A stretch of 64,000 nucleotides of DNA from Torpedo marmorata (lineage: Eukaryota), in contig OZ360223.1 in the NCBI GenBank assembly GCA_977017645.1, forward strand, positions 99,014,001-99,078,000, written 5' to 3'. Shown here piece by piece: positions 1 to 13,129 of the stretch. Made by a program: the position numbers and the translations under genes. Each line of letters begins with the position of its first letter. Position 1 is the first letter of the stretch. The notes under the pieces were generated by a model. It saw only the letters and a program-made list of their open reading frames with translations, was not told the DNA's origin and searched no databases.

Positions 1-199
1 AGCCCAGTGTGAAAGGGACAGGGGGTATCCTGGGACAAATTAGTGAGGATAGGCGCCCCTCTCCCCTGGGATGCCTGGTGTTGAGTGTGAAAGGACGCAG
101 AGAACCGATTAACAGTGGTCCAGTGTGAACAGCAAATACGGCCTCTTTAACCGGTTCGTTGAACAGCCAATTTACTGGTTAGCCAGTGTGAAAAGGGCT
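1..199. mobile_element. Probable right end of a PIF/Harbinger-type MITE
   Basis: Ends CCAGTGTGAAAAGGGCT with repeated internal AGTGTGAA motifs; left end outside the window. Confidence 0.45.
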
Positions 200-869
200 A
201 TGCCGGGGTAACAGCCTGCTCCTGTTCCCAAGTTAAGTTGAGGGATGCTTTAAATAACATTGTTCTCTTAAAAAGGTCAATAAATGAAAGCATTTAATAA
301 ACCTAATTCACATGCCAATCCAAGGCACACATTGATCTTTATAATTAAACCTGTCCTTCAGAATCCTCAAAGTTACAAAGGGTGGAATGTTCTCCGAATC
401 ACACACAGATAACCCAAAGGCATCACATTGCAGACCTGGAGTACAAACTAGCAGTTGGAAATGCTGAGCGCCGGCCAGGTGAAACCCAGAAATAATGTAT
501 CAGCCTCACTGTTCACTAGTCTGTGGAAAGGTCAGCAACCTGTAATCGCTGACCGCTGCCCTCTTCACAGCCACGATCAGCGCAGAGCGCTGGAGGGTGC
601 AGTGTGTTGGAGCGCACACAAGAGGAAGCTCACACGAGTCTATCCGGAAGAAAGGACGGCTTGTGTAGGTGGTCACACAGCACAGAAGCAGGCCCTTTGG
701 CCCATCGTGTCCATGTTGACCATACTAAGCCCACTTACCATGAAGCTTACCATGACTTGGTGATTTCAATGCTTGCCTGAGTTGTGAGAGCCACCAGAAG
801 GGAGCGCATTCCAGATTCCAACCACCCTCTGGGTGAAAATGTTCTTACTCCAATCCCCTCTAAGCCTGT

Positions 870-3013
870 TATAGAACATAGAACACTACAGCACAGTACA
901 GGCCCTTCGGCCTTCGATGTGCTGACCCATATATTCCTTAAAAAAAATACTAAACCCTCCCATCATGTGCCTGTTTAAGAGTCTCTTAAATGCCCCTAAA
1001 TTTTCAGCCTCCACCACCATCCATGGCAAGGCATTCCAGGCACCCACAACTCTCTGCGTAAAAAAACTTACCCCTGATGTCTCCCCTAAACTTCCCTCCC
1101 TGCACTTTGTACACATGTCCTCTGGTGTTTGCTATTCCTGCCCTGGGAAACGCGCTGGCTGTCCACCCTATCTATGCCTCTCATAATCTTGTAGACCTCT
1201 ATTAAGTCTCCTCTTATCCTTCTGCGCTCCAAAGAGAAAAGTCCCAGCTCTGCTAACCTTGCCTCGTAAGACCTATTTTCCAATCCAGGTAACATCCTGG
1301 TAAATCTCCTCTGCACCCTCTCCATAGCTTCCACATCCTTCCTATAATGAGGTGACCAGAACTGAACACAATACTCTAAGTGTGGTCTCACCAGAGATTT
1401 GTAGGGTTGCAACATGACCTCTCGACTCTTGAACTCAATCCCCCTATTAATGAAGCCCAGCATCCCATAAGCCTTCTTAACTATCCTATCAACCTGTGCG
1501 GCGACCTTGATGGATGTATGGATTTGGACCCCAAGGTCCCTCTGTTCATCCACACTCTTAAGTTACCGACCATTAATCCTGTACTCAGCCTTCTGGTTTG
1601 TCCTTCCAAAATGCATCACCTCACACTTATCCGGATTGAACTCCATCTGCCACTTCTCCGCCCAACTCTGCATCCTGTCTATATCTTCTTGTAACCTTCG
1701 ACAACCTTCAGCTCCATCCACAACTCCATCCAACCTTTGTATCATCCGCAAACTTACTGACCCATCCTTCCGCCTCTTCATCCAGGTCATTTATAAAAAT
1801 CACAAAGAGCAGAGGTCCCAGAACAGATCCTTGCGGCACTCCACTAGTCACCGACCTCCAGGCAGAATACTTTCCTTCCACTACTACTCTCTGCTTTCTT
1901 CCTGCAAGCCAATTTTTTATCCACACAGCCAAGGTTCCATGGATCCCATGCGTTATGACTTTCTGAACGAGTCTGTCATGGGGGACCCTGTCAAATGCCT
2001 TGCTAAAATCCATATAGAACACATCTACTGCCCTACCCTCATCAATTTATTTTGTTACCTCTTCAAAAAACTCAATTAGGCTCGTGAGGCACGACCTTCC
2101 CTTCACAAAGCCATGCTGACTATCCTTGAGTAGACTGTACTTCTCCAAATGCTCATAGATCCTATCCTTAAGAATCCTCTCCAATAGTTTGCACACCACT
2201 GACGTAAGAATCCCAGGATTCTCCCTATTTCTTTTTTTTAAACAAGGGGACTACATTTGCCATTCTCCAATCCTCCAACACCTCTCCTGTGGCCAAAGAG
2301 GACTCAAAGATCATAGCTACTGCTCCAGCTATCTCTTCCCTTACTTCCCACAGCAATTTAGGGTATATCGCATCCGGCCCTGGGGAATTATCAATCTTAA
2401 TGTTTTTAAGAAGATCCAACACTTCCACTTCCTTAATCTCCACATTGTCCAGTACATAAGCCTGTTCTATTCCGACCTCACACTGATCATACTGAAGCAA
2501 AGTATTCATTTAGGACCTCCCCAACCTCCTCCTCCTCCAGGCACATGTTGCCTCCTTTATCCTCCATTCTCGTCATCCTTCTGTTCTTCACATACGCATA
2601 GAACGCCTTGGGGTTCTCCTTAATCCTACATGCCAAGGCCTTCTCATGCCCCCTTCGAGCTCTCATAAGTCCTTAAGCTCCTTCCTGGCTACCATATACT
2701 TCTCATGAGCCCTTCCTGTTTCCTGCTTCCTATATCTAACGTATGCTTCCTTCTTCCTCTTGACTAGTTGCCTCACCTGCTTCGTCAACCATGGTTCCCT
2801 TTTCCTACCAACCTTTCCCTGTCCCAGTGGGACAAACCTATCCTGACCCCAACACAAGTGGTCCCTAAACTTCCTCCATATTAGTTCTGTGCTTTCACCC
2901 TTGAACATCTGTTTCCAATTTACTCTCGCTAGTTCCTGCCTCATCCCATCATAATGAAACCTTCCCCAATTAAACACTTTCCCATTTTGTCTGCTTTTAT
3001 CCTTATCCATAGG
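870..3013 (-). mobile_element. CR1 LINE fragment (degraded ORF2 reverse transcriptase plus 3' end)
   Basis: ORFs 1708..2022 ([28 protein letters not shown]), 1086..1553, 2225..2509, 2663..3010; atagaac tail at ~870. Confidence 0.93.
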
Positions 3014-3029
3014 ACCTTCTTATCCATAG

Positions 3030-3685
3030 GGAGGTCATCTGACCTCTCCGACGTGAAGCAGGTTGGAACTCGCCTCACCTGTCAATCAAGGTTAGATACA
3101 CTCAAAACTGAGGCTGCTACACAATTGGTTCTCTACTACATGTTGGGTCACGTGGGCACTCCTGAGCCGACCCCCCCAGCCGGCTACAGTATAAAGCCCA
3201 GCACGTGGACCAACTCAATCTCTTTTTTCCCCTTGAGATGATTCCTGAGCTCCACTCCAGTTTGCGAGCCTTGGGTGACGCTGGAGAACCAGTTGTGGGG
3301 TGTATGCTGGTAAAGGATGGGGGCTATTGTCGCATACACCCGGGAGAGACTGTCGTGTCTCACCCATTGTAAATTGTAACTAGACGTGTTCCTTTCTAAC
3401 CAGTATGCCATGCCTGCTTGTTGTAGAGGGGGTGGGGGGTACTGTTTGTTTAACTCTCGCTTCACAATCCGGAGGTGCGATTATCAGTGATTAACCAGCA
3501 TCTAATGTGTATGATTTGTGTGTAGTTGCTTTGAGTGTGTGTGTGTGTGTGTTCCATTTTGTGAATTTCCTGCGTGTAAATAAAGACTATAGTTTACTAT
3601 TAACACATGTCCAGGACTTGTTGCTTCTTGAACCCTTAGAACTTGTTCTACCCTAAACCCATGCCCACTTGTTTAGTCAACTCTT
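3030..3685 (+). mobile_element. Probable solo or partial LTR
   Basis: ATTGG, TATAAAG (~3190), later TG-rich tract and AATAAA (~3578) in U3-R-U5-like order; no TG...CA ends or TSD resolved. Confidence 0.45.
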
Positions 3686-4129
3686 CTAGGTTTACAGAGG
3701 GATATGGGCTAAACACATGCAAATGGACAGAACGGAGAATTTGTGTCGAAGGGCCTGTTTTGGTGCTGTAGATCTCTGTGATGGGGTTATGTCTGGTAGC
3801 CAGGCCTGCAATGTGGTGAACAGGGCAGGTAGCACTGGGCGGCAGGGTTCCAACAGGATTGTGATGACAGACTGTTTCACTGATCAGGGAGAAACATTGC
3901 ACAGAACTGACATCCACCATCATGGAGTGCTTTGGGAGGCAGGATATAGCTTTCATCATCTCCGCCTAGCAGCCAGCCTTCACCCACTTCAATTTGCCTA
4001 CCAGCCGAACAGACCCACGGCAGATTCCACCTCCCTGGCTCTCCACTCGGCCCTGGAACATCTGGGTGCCAAGGTCATCCATGTGAGACTACAGTTCGTA
4101 GACTGCAGCTCTGCCTTCAATACCATACC

Positions 4130-4330
4130 ATCCGAGACTCTCATATTTACAAAACAATATTTATATATTTATTTGTACATATGAATACTGGTCCTGCATA
4201 TGTATTGTTTGTCTGTATGTGTGTTCTGTCTGGTTGTGTGTCTGCGTGTTTTGCACCGAGGACTGGAGAACGCTGTTTCATCGGGTTGTACTTGTGCAAT
4301 CAGATGACAATAAACTTGACTTGACTTGAC
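4130..4330 (+). mobile_element. Short Rex1-type 3'-end retroposon inserted in the older Rex1
   Basis: AATAAA followed by (CTTGA)n tail; the host RT reading resumes after it. Confidence 0.7.
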
Positions 4331-4675
4331 CCAACAAACCCATTCCAAAACATTGGGATCTTGGCCTCTATGCCCACCTTTGCAACTGAATCCGTGATTT
4401 CCTGTCTAATAGACCGCAATCAGTGAAGGTGGGGAATGGCATCTCCTCCACAATCACACTCAACACCGGCGCTCAAGGATGTGCCCTCAGTCCCCTGCTA
4501 CACTCCCTCTGCACCCATCACTGTACAGCTAAATACTGTTCCAACTCCATCTTCAAATTCACTAATGACACTACAGTGGGCCAGGTACCAAATAACAATG
4601 AGAGGGAGTACAGGGAAGAGATTGAACGCTTAGTGTCAGTGTGCCAAGTTAACAACCTCTCTCTCAACGTCAGTA

Positions 4676-4815
4676 TGACAAAGGAGATGATCACTGACTT
4701 GACAAAGGAGATGATCACTGACTTGACAAAGGAGATGATCACTGACTTGACAAAGGAGATGATCACTTGACAAAGGAGATGATCACTGACTTGACAAAGG
4801 AGATGATCACTGACT
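4676..4815 (+). repeat. 24-bp tandem repeat (tgacaaaggagatgatcactgact), ~6 copies
   Basis: Near-identical units, one shortened by 4 bp; expansion of the Rex1 TKEMITD motif. Confidence 0.95.
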
Positions 4816-5711
4816 TCAGGAGAGGGGGTAGAGACCACACCCCTGTCTACATTAATGGTGCTGAAGTTGAAGGAGTACAGAGCTTCAAGTACTGAGGCAT
4901 AAATATCCCAAATGAGCTGAACTGGTAGAAGCACGTTGATGTGTCAGTCAAGAAAGCATCGACACCTCAACTTTCTCAGTAGACTAAGGACGTTTAGCAT
5001 CTCCCCCTTGTCCTTCAACAACTTCTACAGGTGCACTATTGAAAGCAGATTCACTGGATGCATCACAGTGTGGGATGGGAGCTGCCTCACTCGAAGCTAC
5101 AGAAGGCAGTGAATGCAGTTCAGAACATCATGCAAACTTCCCTCACCTTCATGGACTCCATCTACATCTCCCTCTGCCTAGGAAAGGCAGCCAACACACT
5201 GAAGGACCCATCACACCCGGACATACTCTTTTCTACCTCCTCCCAACAGGAAAAGGCTTAAGAGCGTGAAAGCACCAGCAGGCTTAAATACAGTTTTCTT
5301 CTCTGTAGTCATCAGGCTCCTGAATGAACCCCAGAACTGTACTCTCAGGCTGCCCCTGCTTAGTGCTAATTGATCTTCCTTTTCATTGTAATCCAATATT
5401 CTATACATTGTGCTCTTTATGAATGAATGTTAGAAATAACTTGGAGTGCTCGCAGAAGAATCCTTCTCACTGTACTAGGTTTGTTTTGACAAAATCAACT
5501 TAAACATGGGGAAGATTGTCTGCACTGTTTAGCGATGGAGCCTGAAGGATTATTTACAACTGCCTGAGATGACATAATCTCCTTAATAAAATGTCATTAC
5601 ACTGCAGTACTAATTCTACCAAGATTACTGAAACCAATCAAAGACCAAATGAATAAAATCTGCTTTTGCTAATAAGTAATTCATTATTTTGATTAATATA
5701 ATAAAATATTT

Positions 5712-5950
5712 GGGCGGCACGGTTAGCGCAATGCTATTACAGCGCCAGCGACTCGGGTTCTAATCTGGTGCTGTCTGTAAGGAGTTTTTACGCTCTCCCC
5801 GCATTTGTGTGGGTTTCTTCTGGGTGCATTGGTTTTCCTACCACCTTTCAAAATGTACGGGGGTTGTAGATTACTTGGGTTATTTGGGCGGCACGGGCTC
5901 CTGGGCAGGAAGGCTCTGTTACCGTGCTGTATGTTTAAAGTAAAAAAAAT
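5712..5950 (+). mobile_element. tRNA-derived V-SINE (HE1-like)
   Basis: ggcggcacggttagc head, B-box-like gggttctaatc, V-domain ctgtctgtaaggagttt...tctcccc. Confidence 0.85.
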
Positions 5951-6509
5951 TTAAAAAGTTAATTAGCTTTTATGAAACACCTTGAAGACAGATATAGTTT
6001 ATAGATATATAAATGGGCAGTGGGAAAGCTAAAGGGAAAAAAATTACCAAAATTTCGAGAGACATCATTTGCCAAAATGTAATTTCAAACTTACTGCAAA
6101 GTCAATGTCAGCTCAGAGATTGCGGGGCGCATGGCCTGATCCCGTGCTGCACTGGTCTGTGTTCCAAACCAGGTGTTACCTCAGCTTGACAGATACAAAA
6201 AATAGTGCCTCTAACAACGTGGGTACGCTGGTTTTCTGCTCATGAGGCAAATGGTGAAGCTGGCCAGGGCTTCAGGAGAACTCTCCTGCCCTTCCAATCG
6301 CAACAGGGATTTGAATGACTCCAGTGCAGGCCGCATCACTCCTACGAACACAAGGCTTGTGATCCTGGGGTGGAGTGAAGCCGGGGACGCTCACCTACAA
6401 GCTGATCCACATCGCCTCCTCCCCTTCACATCGCGACAACCAACACTGCCCACCAACCCTCACACCAGAATCCCACTCCCAACAGCTGCTCCCCAGTCCT
6501 GGGAAGTGT

Positions 6510-7790
6510 GTGTGCGATAGGGTGAAACATTGGGAGGGGATGTGGGATAGGGTGTAACATGGGGAGGGGTGTGTGGGATTGTGTGTAACAAAGGGAGGGG
6601 TGTATATGGGATAGGGTGTAACACATGGGAGGGGTATGTGTGTGTTTCACTCTGGGAGGGGTGTGTATGGGACAGTGTTTCACACTGGGGGGGTGTGTGG
6701 GACTGTTTCACACTGGGAGGGTATGTGTGTGGGACTGTGTTTCACACTGGGAGGGGTGTGTGGGACTGTTTCAGACTGGAAGGGATGTATGTAGGACTGC
6801 ATTTCACACTAGGGGGTGTGTGGGACTGTGTTTCATACTGGGAAGGAGTGTGTGTGGGACTGTTTCACACAGGGAGCAGGTGTGTGTGGGACAGTGTTTT
6901 ACACGGAGGGTGTGTGTGTAGAACTGTGTTTCACACTGGGAGGGGTGTGTGGGACTGTGTTTCAGACTGGGAGGGATGTGTGTGGGACTGCATTTCATAC
7001 TAGGGGGTGTGTGGGACTGTTTCATACAGGGAAAGGGTGTGTGTGGGACTGTGTTCACACAGGGAGTGGGTTTGTTTGGGACTGTGTTTCACACTGGGAG
7101 GGGGTGTGTGGGAATGTGTTTCAGACTGGGAGGGATGTGTGTGGGACTGCATTTCACACTAGGGGGTGTATCGGACTGTGTTTCATACAGGGAAGGTGTG
7201 TGTGGGACTGTGTTTCACAGGGAGGGGGTGTGTGTGGGACTGACTGTGTAACACATGGAGGGTTGTGTGTAGGTAGTGTTTCACACTGGGAGGGGTGTAT
7301 GTGGGACTGTGTTTCACACTGGAAGGAGTGTGTGGCACTGTGTTTCATAATGGGAGGGGTGTGTGTGGGACCGTGTTTCACTCTGGGAGGGGTGTGTGTG
7401 GGACAGTGTTTCACACAGGGAGGGGGTGTGTGTGGGACAGTGTTTCACACAGGGAGGGGGTGTGTGTGGGACTGTGTTTCACACTGGGAGGGTTGTGTGT
7501 GGGTAGTGTTTCACATTGGGAGGGGTGTGTGTGGAACTGTGTTTCAAACTGGGAGGGGTGTGCAGGACTGTGTTTCAAACTGGGAGGGGTGTGTGGGACT
7601 GTGTTTCATGGAGGGGTGTGTGCGTGGGACTGTGCTTCACACTGGGAGAGGTGTGTGTGGGACTGCATTTCACACAGATGGGTGTGTGTGTGGGACTGTT
7701 TCACACAGGGAAGGGTTGTGTGGGCTTGTGTTTCACACTGGGAGAGGGTGCGTGGGACAGTGTTTCACACTGGGAGAGGGTGTGTGGGAT
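6510..7790 (+). repeat. G/T-rich minisatellite, ~33-37-bp unit (gggaggggtgtgtgtgggactgtgtttcacact)
   Basis: Dozens of tandem variant units; source of spurious ORFs. Confidence 0.95.
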
Positions 7791-7825
7791 GGTCCTCTCC
7801 GTTACTGTGGTGGGGCCAGACTTAC

Positions 7826-7905
7826 CGTCGTCGCTGGTGTGGGGCTCGGTGCCGTTGTCATGGTCCACCTCGTCAATGGCTCCAGGTTCACTGTGGGGAC
7901 TGTCA
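7826..7905 (-). CDS. SRGAP3: SRGAP3 exon (~18), DSPHSEPGAIDEVDHDNGTEPHTSDD
   Basis: 80 nt; ttgcAG / GTaagt; the next (SH3) exon was not found in 1-7825, presumably left of the window. Confidence 0.94.
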
Positions 7906-8689
7906 CTGCAATGGAGGAAGAGGGTGTGAGCTGAGCTCCAGTTACACCCACCCAGGCCTCACTGAATGCCAGGCACAGCCCACCTCATGGATATCGCCTG
8001 GAGCTCCCAACACAGCCACTGCTGGCCCAGGGATCACAGGGAAACGTCAGCAGAAGGAAGGCATTAATATCAACGGGAGGCGGCTTAATGAAGTCCGAGC
8101 TCACTCGATTTCCCGTGGAATGGTTGTGGGAGCATTCTGGATCATACCTCTGGGGCGGGGGCAGCAGGGGGACGTGTGATGATGGCTCCACCCTGGACCA
8201 TCGACATTTCGGTCCAGGAACCTTCATCAAGCCTTGATGAAGGGTTCTGGCCCCGAAATGACCTCCATTCTTTTTATCCCACTGATACTGCTCGACCCGC
8301 TGAGTTCCTCCAGCAGATCGTTTTTTGCTCCAGATTCCAGCATCTGCAGTACAGTATTTTGTGTGTCTCCTGTTTGAAGCTGGGGTCTGACTCTGTCTGG
8401 TGCTACTTTTGGACGTAACTGTCGTCGAAAAGCAGATGCTGAAAATCTGAAATTAAAACAGAAAACACAGCAGGTCTGACGAAATGCCATTGACCTGGAA
8501 CATCTACATGCACAGATGTTGCGTGGCCTGCTGAGAATTCCCCACACATCCTGTGGTCAGTTTGAATGCAATAGCTGGGTCACGGCTGGGATCCTTTGTG
8601 TTGCCTCCACAGACTAACACCAGTGCAATGAAGAGGAATGGGACTGTGGGAGACAAGGTTGACAGTCACAAGCCCAGCCCCTACGTTGT

Positions 8690-9300
8690 GGCCTTCTGTA
8701 CATCAGAGAGACTGGATGCAGACTGGGAGATCGCTTCACTGAGCACCTTCGCTCTGTCTGCATCAATGACAGGGATCTCCCAGTGGCTAACATTTCAATT
8801 CTGCGCCCCACTCCCACGCCAACATGTCTGTCTCAATTCTGCGCCCCACTCCCACGCAAACCATGGCCTCATGCACTGCCGAACCAGGGCCACCCGTAAA
8901 TTGGAGGAGCAACACCTAATATTCTGTCTGGGCACTCTCTAACCGGATGGCATTAACATCGACTTATCTGCTTTCTGCTAGACCATTCCCCATTCTACCC
9001 CATCCCTCTGTCTTCTTTCCTCCAGCTCTCCACCCCCTTCCCTCTCCATTCACAGAGCTATTCTTCCTCCCCCTGTTTTCTGTTGTGCCCTCCTTCCTTT
9101 ATTCACCTATTACCTTCTGCCTGTGGGACTGTGCTCCTCCCCCTGCCCCTCCCCCCATCATTTTATTCAGACGCCTTCCTACATTTTGCTCACATTTGAT
9201 GAAAGGCTCAGGCTCAAAACGTTAGTTATGCATCTTTATCTTTGCTATATAAAGTACACTGTTTGACCTGCTGAGTTTCTCCAGCATTGTGTTTTTACAT
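8690..9300 (+). mobile_element. Penelope-like element 3' fragment (GIY-YIG tail plus terminal repeat)
   Basis: HGLMHCRTRATRKLEEQHLIFCLGTL; same family as 47050-47737. Confidence 0.85.
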
Positions 9301-9334
9301 TTTCCCTTCATTGTGAGGTGAGTGCGGTCCCTAC

Positions 9335-9562
9335 CAGTATTCCTCGCCTCCTGTCATGCACTTCTCGTACATTGGCCCGTCCAGCTCCTTGTGGCTCGGG
9401 AAGATGGCCTCATGGTTGACGATGATGCTTTTGATCACCTCGTTGACGTGGGCCTGGCAGGAGACGGGGTCCTGTCCATCAGGGATGGGCATCAAAGTTG
9501 GGCCGAAGCAGATGGCCAGGTTGTAAGGGTCCATCATGTTTTCGTCGCTGTACTGGGAGAGA
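9335..9562 (-). CDS. SRGAP3: SRGAP3 exon (~17), LSQYSDENMMDPYNLAICFGPTLM...GPMYEKCMTGGEEY(C)
   Basis: 228 nt; ttttgtAG / GTaggg; RhoGAP NLAICFGPTL motif. Confidence 0.96.
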
Positions 9563-10214
9563 CTACAAAACAGGAAGCCACGTCACCGTTGCCCACCAGT
9601 GTCCTGTCCACAGTGTCTCCCGCCAAGCGGCCGATTCTACCCCAAGCACTGTCACTATGCTCCCTCTCACATGGACCCTGGGGTGCAGGCAAGTTCTCAG
9701 TCAGGCTGTAGTCCTCCTGCATTTCGGAGATGCCCCTGCCCCAGAGCGTGAAGACAGTTGGGCAAGGTTATGGGATGGGGGTTGGGTCCCTGAAGTACCC
9801 TGGAGCTGGAAGAAGGGGGGCAGCCGGTGCAGTGGAGATGTTCACTCAATAGAAATAGACCCCACGGCCCATAGCGTCTGTGCCAAACCACCCCACGCCC
9901 ACCAATCCCAATCCCATTTTATTCTCTCCAAATTCCCATCAACTGCCCACAATTATTCACTACGTCCGATTAACCTCCCTGCCCCACCTCATTGCGATGT
10001 GGCGGGGGGGGGATCCACCCTGTCACAGGGTAGAGCATGCACACTCCGCATAGACAGCACCAGAGGTCAGGAATGAGTTTGTGTCCCTGGTGCTAGGAGG
10101 CAGAGCCCTCTGGCTTTTGACCCTTCCCCATCCCCTAGGGGAAAATGGAAAGAAAAAAAGGGAGGGAAGGAATAATAATAGTGAGGAATGCTTAAAACAC
10201 ATGCAGAGAAGAGG

Positions 10215-10487
10215 AGTTGGGAAGAATTGGAAATGGAAAAGGAAGCATTGGGAAGGGGAGGGGAAGGGGAGTTGTGAAGCGTTGGGAAGGGGTGTTGGGA
10301 AACATTGGAAAGGGGACAGGAAGCATTGGGGAGAGTTGGGAAGCATTGGGAGGGGTGTTGGATAGCATTGGGAAGGGGTGTTGGGAAGCATTGGGAAAGG
10401 AAATTGGGAAGGGTTGGGAAGCATTGGGAAGGGGTGTTGGGAAGCATTGGGGTGTTGGGAAGCATTGGGAAGGGGTATTGGGAAGGC
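10215..10487 (+). repeat. G-rich minisatellite (gggaagcattgggaaggggtgtt)n
   Basis: Tandem ~23-bp units abutting the donor site at 10488-10493. Confidence 0.92.
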
Positions 10488-10493
10488 ACTCAC

Positions 10494-10599
10494 TGGTTGA
10501 GGAAGGCAAAGAGATATCTCATCACGATGATAACCGTCCGCGAGAGCGTCACTATGATCTGCTGGATATGGTGGATCCTCTCAACAACACTCTCAATCT
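10494..10599 (-). CDS. SRGAP3: SRGAP3 exon (~16), (K)IESVVERIHHIQQIIVTLSRTVIIVMRYLFAFLN(H)
   Basis: 106 nt; cccacAG / GTgagt. Confidence 0.94.
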
Positions 10600-10999
10600 C
10601 TGTGGGACGAAGAAGAGGGGACATCCTGAAGTTCTTCTTATCTCTCCACCATCCCCCCATTGTACACACATCCTCTCTGATTAACCCTGCAGGGGCTATT
10701 GTTGACATTGGGTGGTAGAGCAAAATGCATGCTGTGAGGTGATTTCTGTTAAAGTCAACAGGGTGATAACTTGGAGAGGTACAAATCTCATATAACTCGT
10801 ACTCAATGGCGCAGTATAATGACTATTTTCCCATTCTATTCAGATAACTATATGACTATTAAGACAATTGAGGGATATGGAGATAGTGGAAGAAAATGGT
10901 GCTGAAGTAGTCAGATGACAGAATAGTTGAACTTGGTTTAGTGACCTCTCCTGGTCCTATTCTTGTGGAGGTGGATTCACAGAAGGTTGTAAATTGGGG

Positions 11000-11290
11000 A
11001 CCAGGAAGGCTGAATGATGGGCCTCCTGGCCTGAGATCACAGGATCCAGTGCCACGTGAGGAGCACTGTCTGACCAACCTCCCCATTCTAACCTACTGCT
11101 GGAGTTGCGGCCGTTCCAATGGAACATTAAGTCTGGTGGACAGAAAAGATGCCATGGCACCATTCAAAGTCAGATGGGGAAAGCTCTCCCAAATATTTAT
11201 TTTGATATCAAACAAGATGATTTGATTGTTTAACCCCTTACTGTTTGTGGAATCTTATAGCATGAAAACTAAGCGCCAATCAATTGTCTT
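11000..11290 (+). mobile_element. Old Deu-domain SINE (SacSINE1/AmnSINE1-like)
   Basis: ggtggacagaaaagatgccatggcaccattc...aatatttat...ctgtttgtggaatctt resembles the recalled Deu core. Confidence 0.6.
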
Positions 11291-11539
11291 GGCAGTGATC
11301 ATGGAGATTGTAAAGACATGGGAGATGGCAAATTATTGCATTTGTACTTTCTGCATTCTATAATAGTAATGATAACATTTAAAAGTAAGGATCTGCAGAA
11401 GGAAATGGGCAGACAAGGTTACAGGTTGGTTCAGATCAAGACTTGATAAAAGATCCCGACTTGAAACATAGAGTCCCTCCAGCTTCTCTTTGATCACCAG
11501 GATTTGTTCGGATTGGAAGACTTTTGTTATGGAGAGAGA

Positions 11540-11915
11540 TGGGAAAGGCTGGGTTTGTTTTCCCTTCAGTGAAGGAGAGTGAGGGGTGACCTGATGGAAG
11601 AGGGAGTCTATGATCACAGTCTTTTCTCCCTGGTAGGGTATCAAAATCAAGAAGGCATACGTTTGAGGTGAGAAGCAGATTTAAAGGGTCTCTGAGGAGA
11701 GTTTTTTTTTGTAACACAGAGAGTGATTGATGTCTGGAACTAGTGAGCAGAGAAGGTGGAATCAGAGGCAGTTAAGAGACATTTAGAACAAAGAATTAAA
11801 TAGGCAAGGCATAGGAGACAGTCCCTAAAGCGGGTAGAGGGGATTAGTGTAGACGGGCAGAGGGATTGGTATGGACGTGATATGCCAAAGGCTGGTTTCT
11901 GTGCTACGACTGCAA
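11540..11915 (+). mobile_element. CR1 3' fragment
   Basis: gagtgaggggtgacctgat, cacagagagtgattgatgtctggaac. Confidence 0.7.
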
Positions 11916-13129
11916 TGCAGATTAAAGAGAAACGCGTTTCTTCACACACATTCAAGAGTCTTAAGGGAAGAGGCAAACATGTGGATGCATGAAATGGAGA
12001 CTTCTGTGGAGTACAAACATTGCCCTAAACCAGAGCATGGCCATTTGTGCTCAGTATTGCTTTGCGCCTTTTTGTGTATACTTTAAGTCCTCAGACAAGA
12101 GGCTCGCGGAGTCAATCCAACCGACGGGCTCTGCAGTCTGTTTGAAGTCTGCTCCTCGAAGCACACAGTCGCCCGATTGTGCCTGGGTTGTGCTCGGACA
12201 ATCAGAGCAAAGCTTGCAGGCTTCAAACCTGAGGACGCACATGCCTCCTGCATACTGATTGCTGAATCTTCCATCTGCTTGAAACCCCCCACCATCCTTC
12301 CCTTGTCAACTTCATATTAGGCTCCAAATTTACCCTGATCTCTTTAATTGTTCAGAAACCCCCGTTGTGCAGTGACGAGCAATATCCTCCCTTGGGATTG
12401 AGGCAGGGATGGCAGCTGCCCGTCTCCCTGCGGAGGAGGTGGAGTTCGTGATCAAGACACAGCAAGGGAAGAGGGCAGGGTGATAATTCAGCACCGACAG
12501 CATGGTACAAAACCACAGAACTAACAAGATGCTCAGGGGACAGTGGAGAGATGAATGTGCAACAGATTTGGCTAATAGTTCCGACTGGGTCCCCAGCAGG
12601 TACATCCAACAGCCTGCTGTTAACGAGCACACACCCAGTGAGAACGGGGTTGGCACGGTCCCAGGGCACATGGGCAGGGAGGGGAGGCGGGCATTGCGGA
12701 CACCTGCCTGTGGCACTTCACTGGGAACGTGGATGTGGGAGAGAGTGACAACGATGAGGTGTGATCTCCCTCGGTTTACGAGCCATATGTGAAGCATTGC
12801 TTGCAGGAACTGTCGGTGTCAGCTCTCCACCTACATAAACACCTGGTTCCCTGTGAAACTTCCACACACTTATGAGAGACAGAGACAAAAGGCCCTATTT
12901 TCTCGAGGATACCCACTGTCACGTCAGATGGGGCACTGTGTAAGCCAGGGATCTAATCTTACCTTGTCAGGCTGACACGGCCCCGGGGAATGTGGTCAGG
13001 GAGAGAAGGCATCTATAGTTTACACACCTTGTCTCTGGTGCTTTACAGAGCCATAACTGGGGACTGACAAAAATAAGGTGCCTCGAACACTGGGACCAAT
13101 ATCCATCCCGGCAGTTGTCTCTGAAGGTT

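Larger units (their letters stand above)
3960..5460 (+). mobile_element. Rex1/Babar-clade LINE RT fragment, degraded and interrupted
   Basis: PLQFAYQPNRPTAD...LEHL...FVDCSSAFNTI; TITLNTGAQGCALSPLL...FKFTNDTTV. Confidence 0.85.

Noticed and set aside
4676-4815. CRISPR-like regular 24-bp repeats
   Set aside because: No spacers; a slippage expansion inside a LINE in eukaryotic DNA.
1-7825. Search for the SRGAP3 SH3 exon (AKFDY...DWWEG)
   Set aside because: No matching sequence found; presumably left of the window, so no evidence of exon loss.
6426-8179. Long ORFs up to 372 aa rich in C/V/G/H
   Set aside because: Stop-free translations of a minisatellite, open in several frames on both strands.
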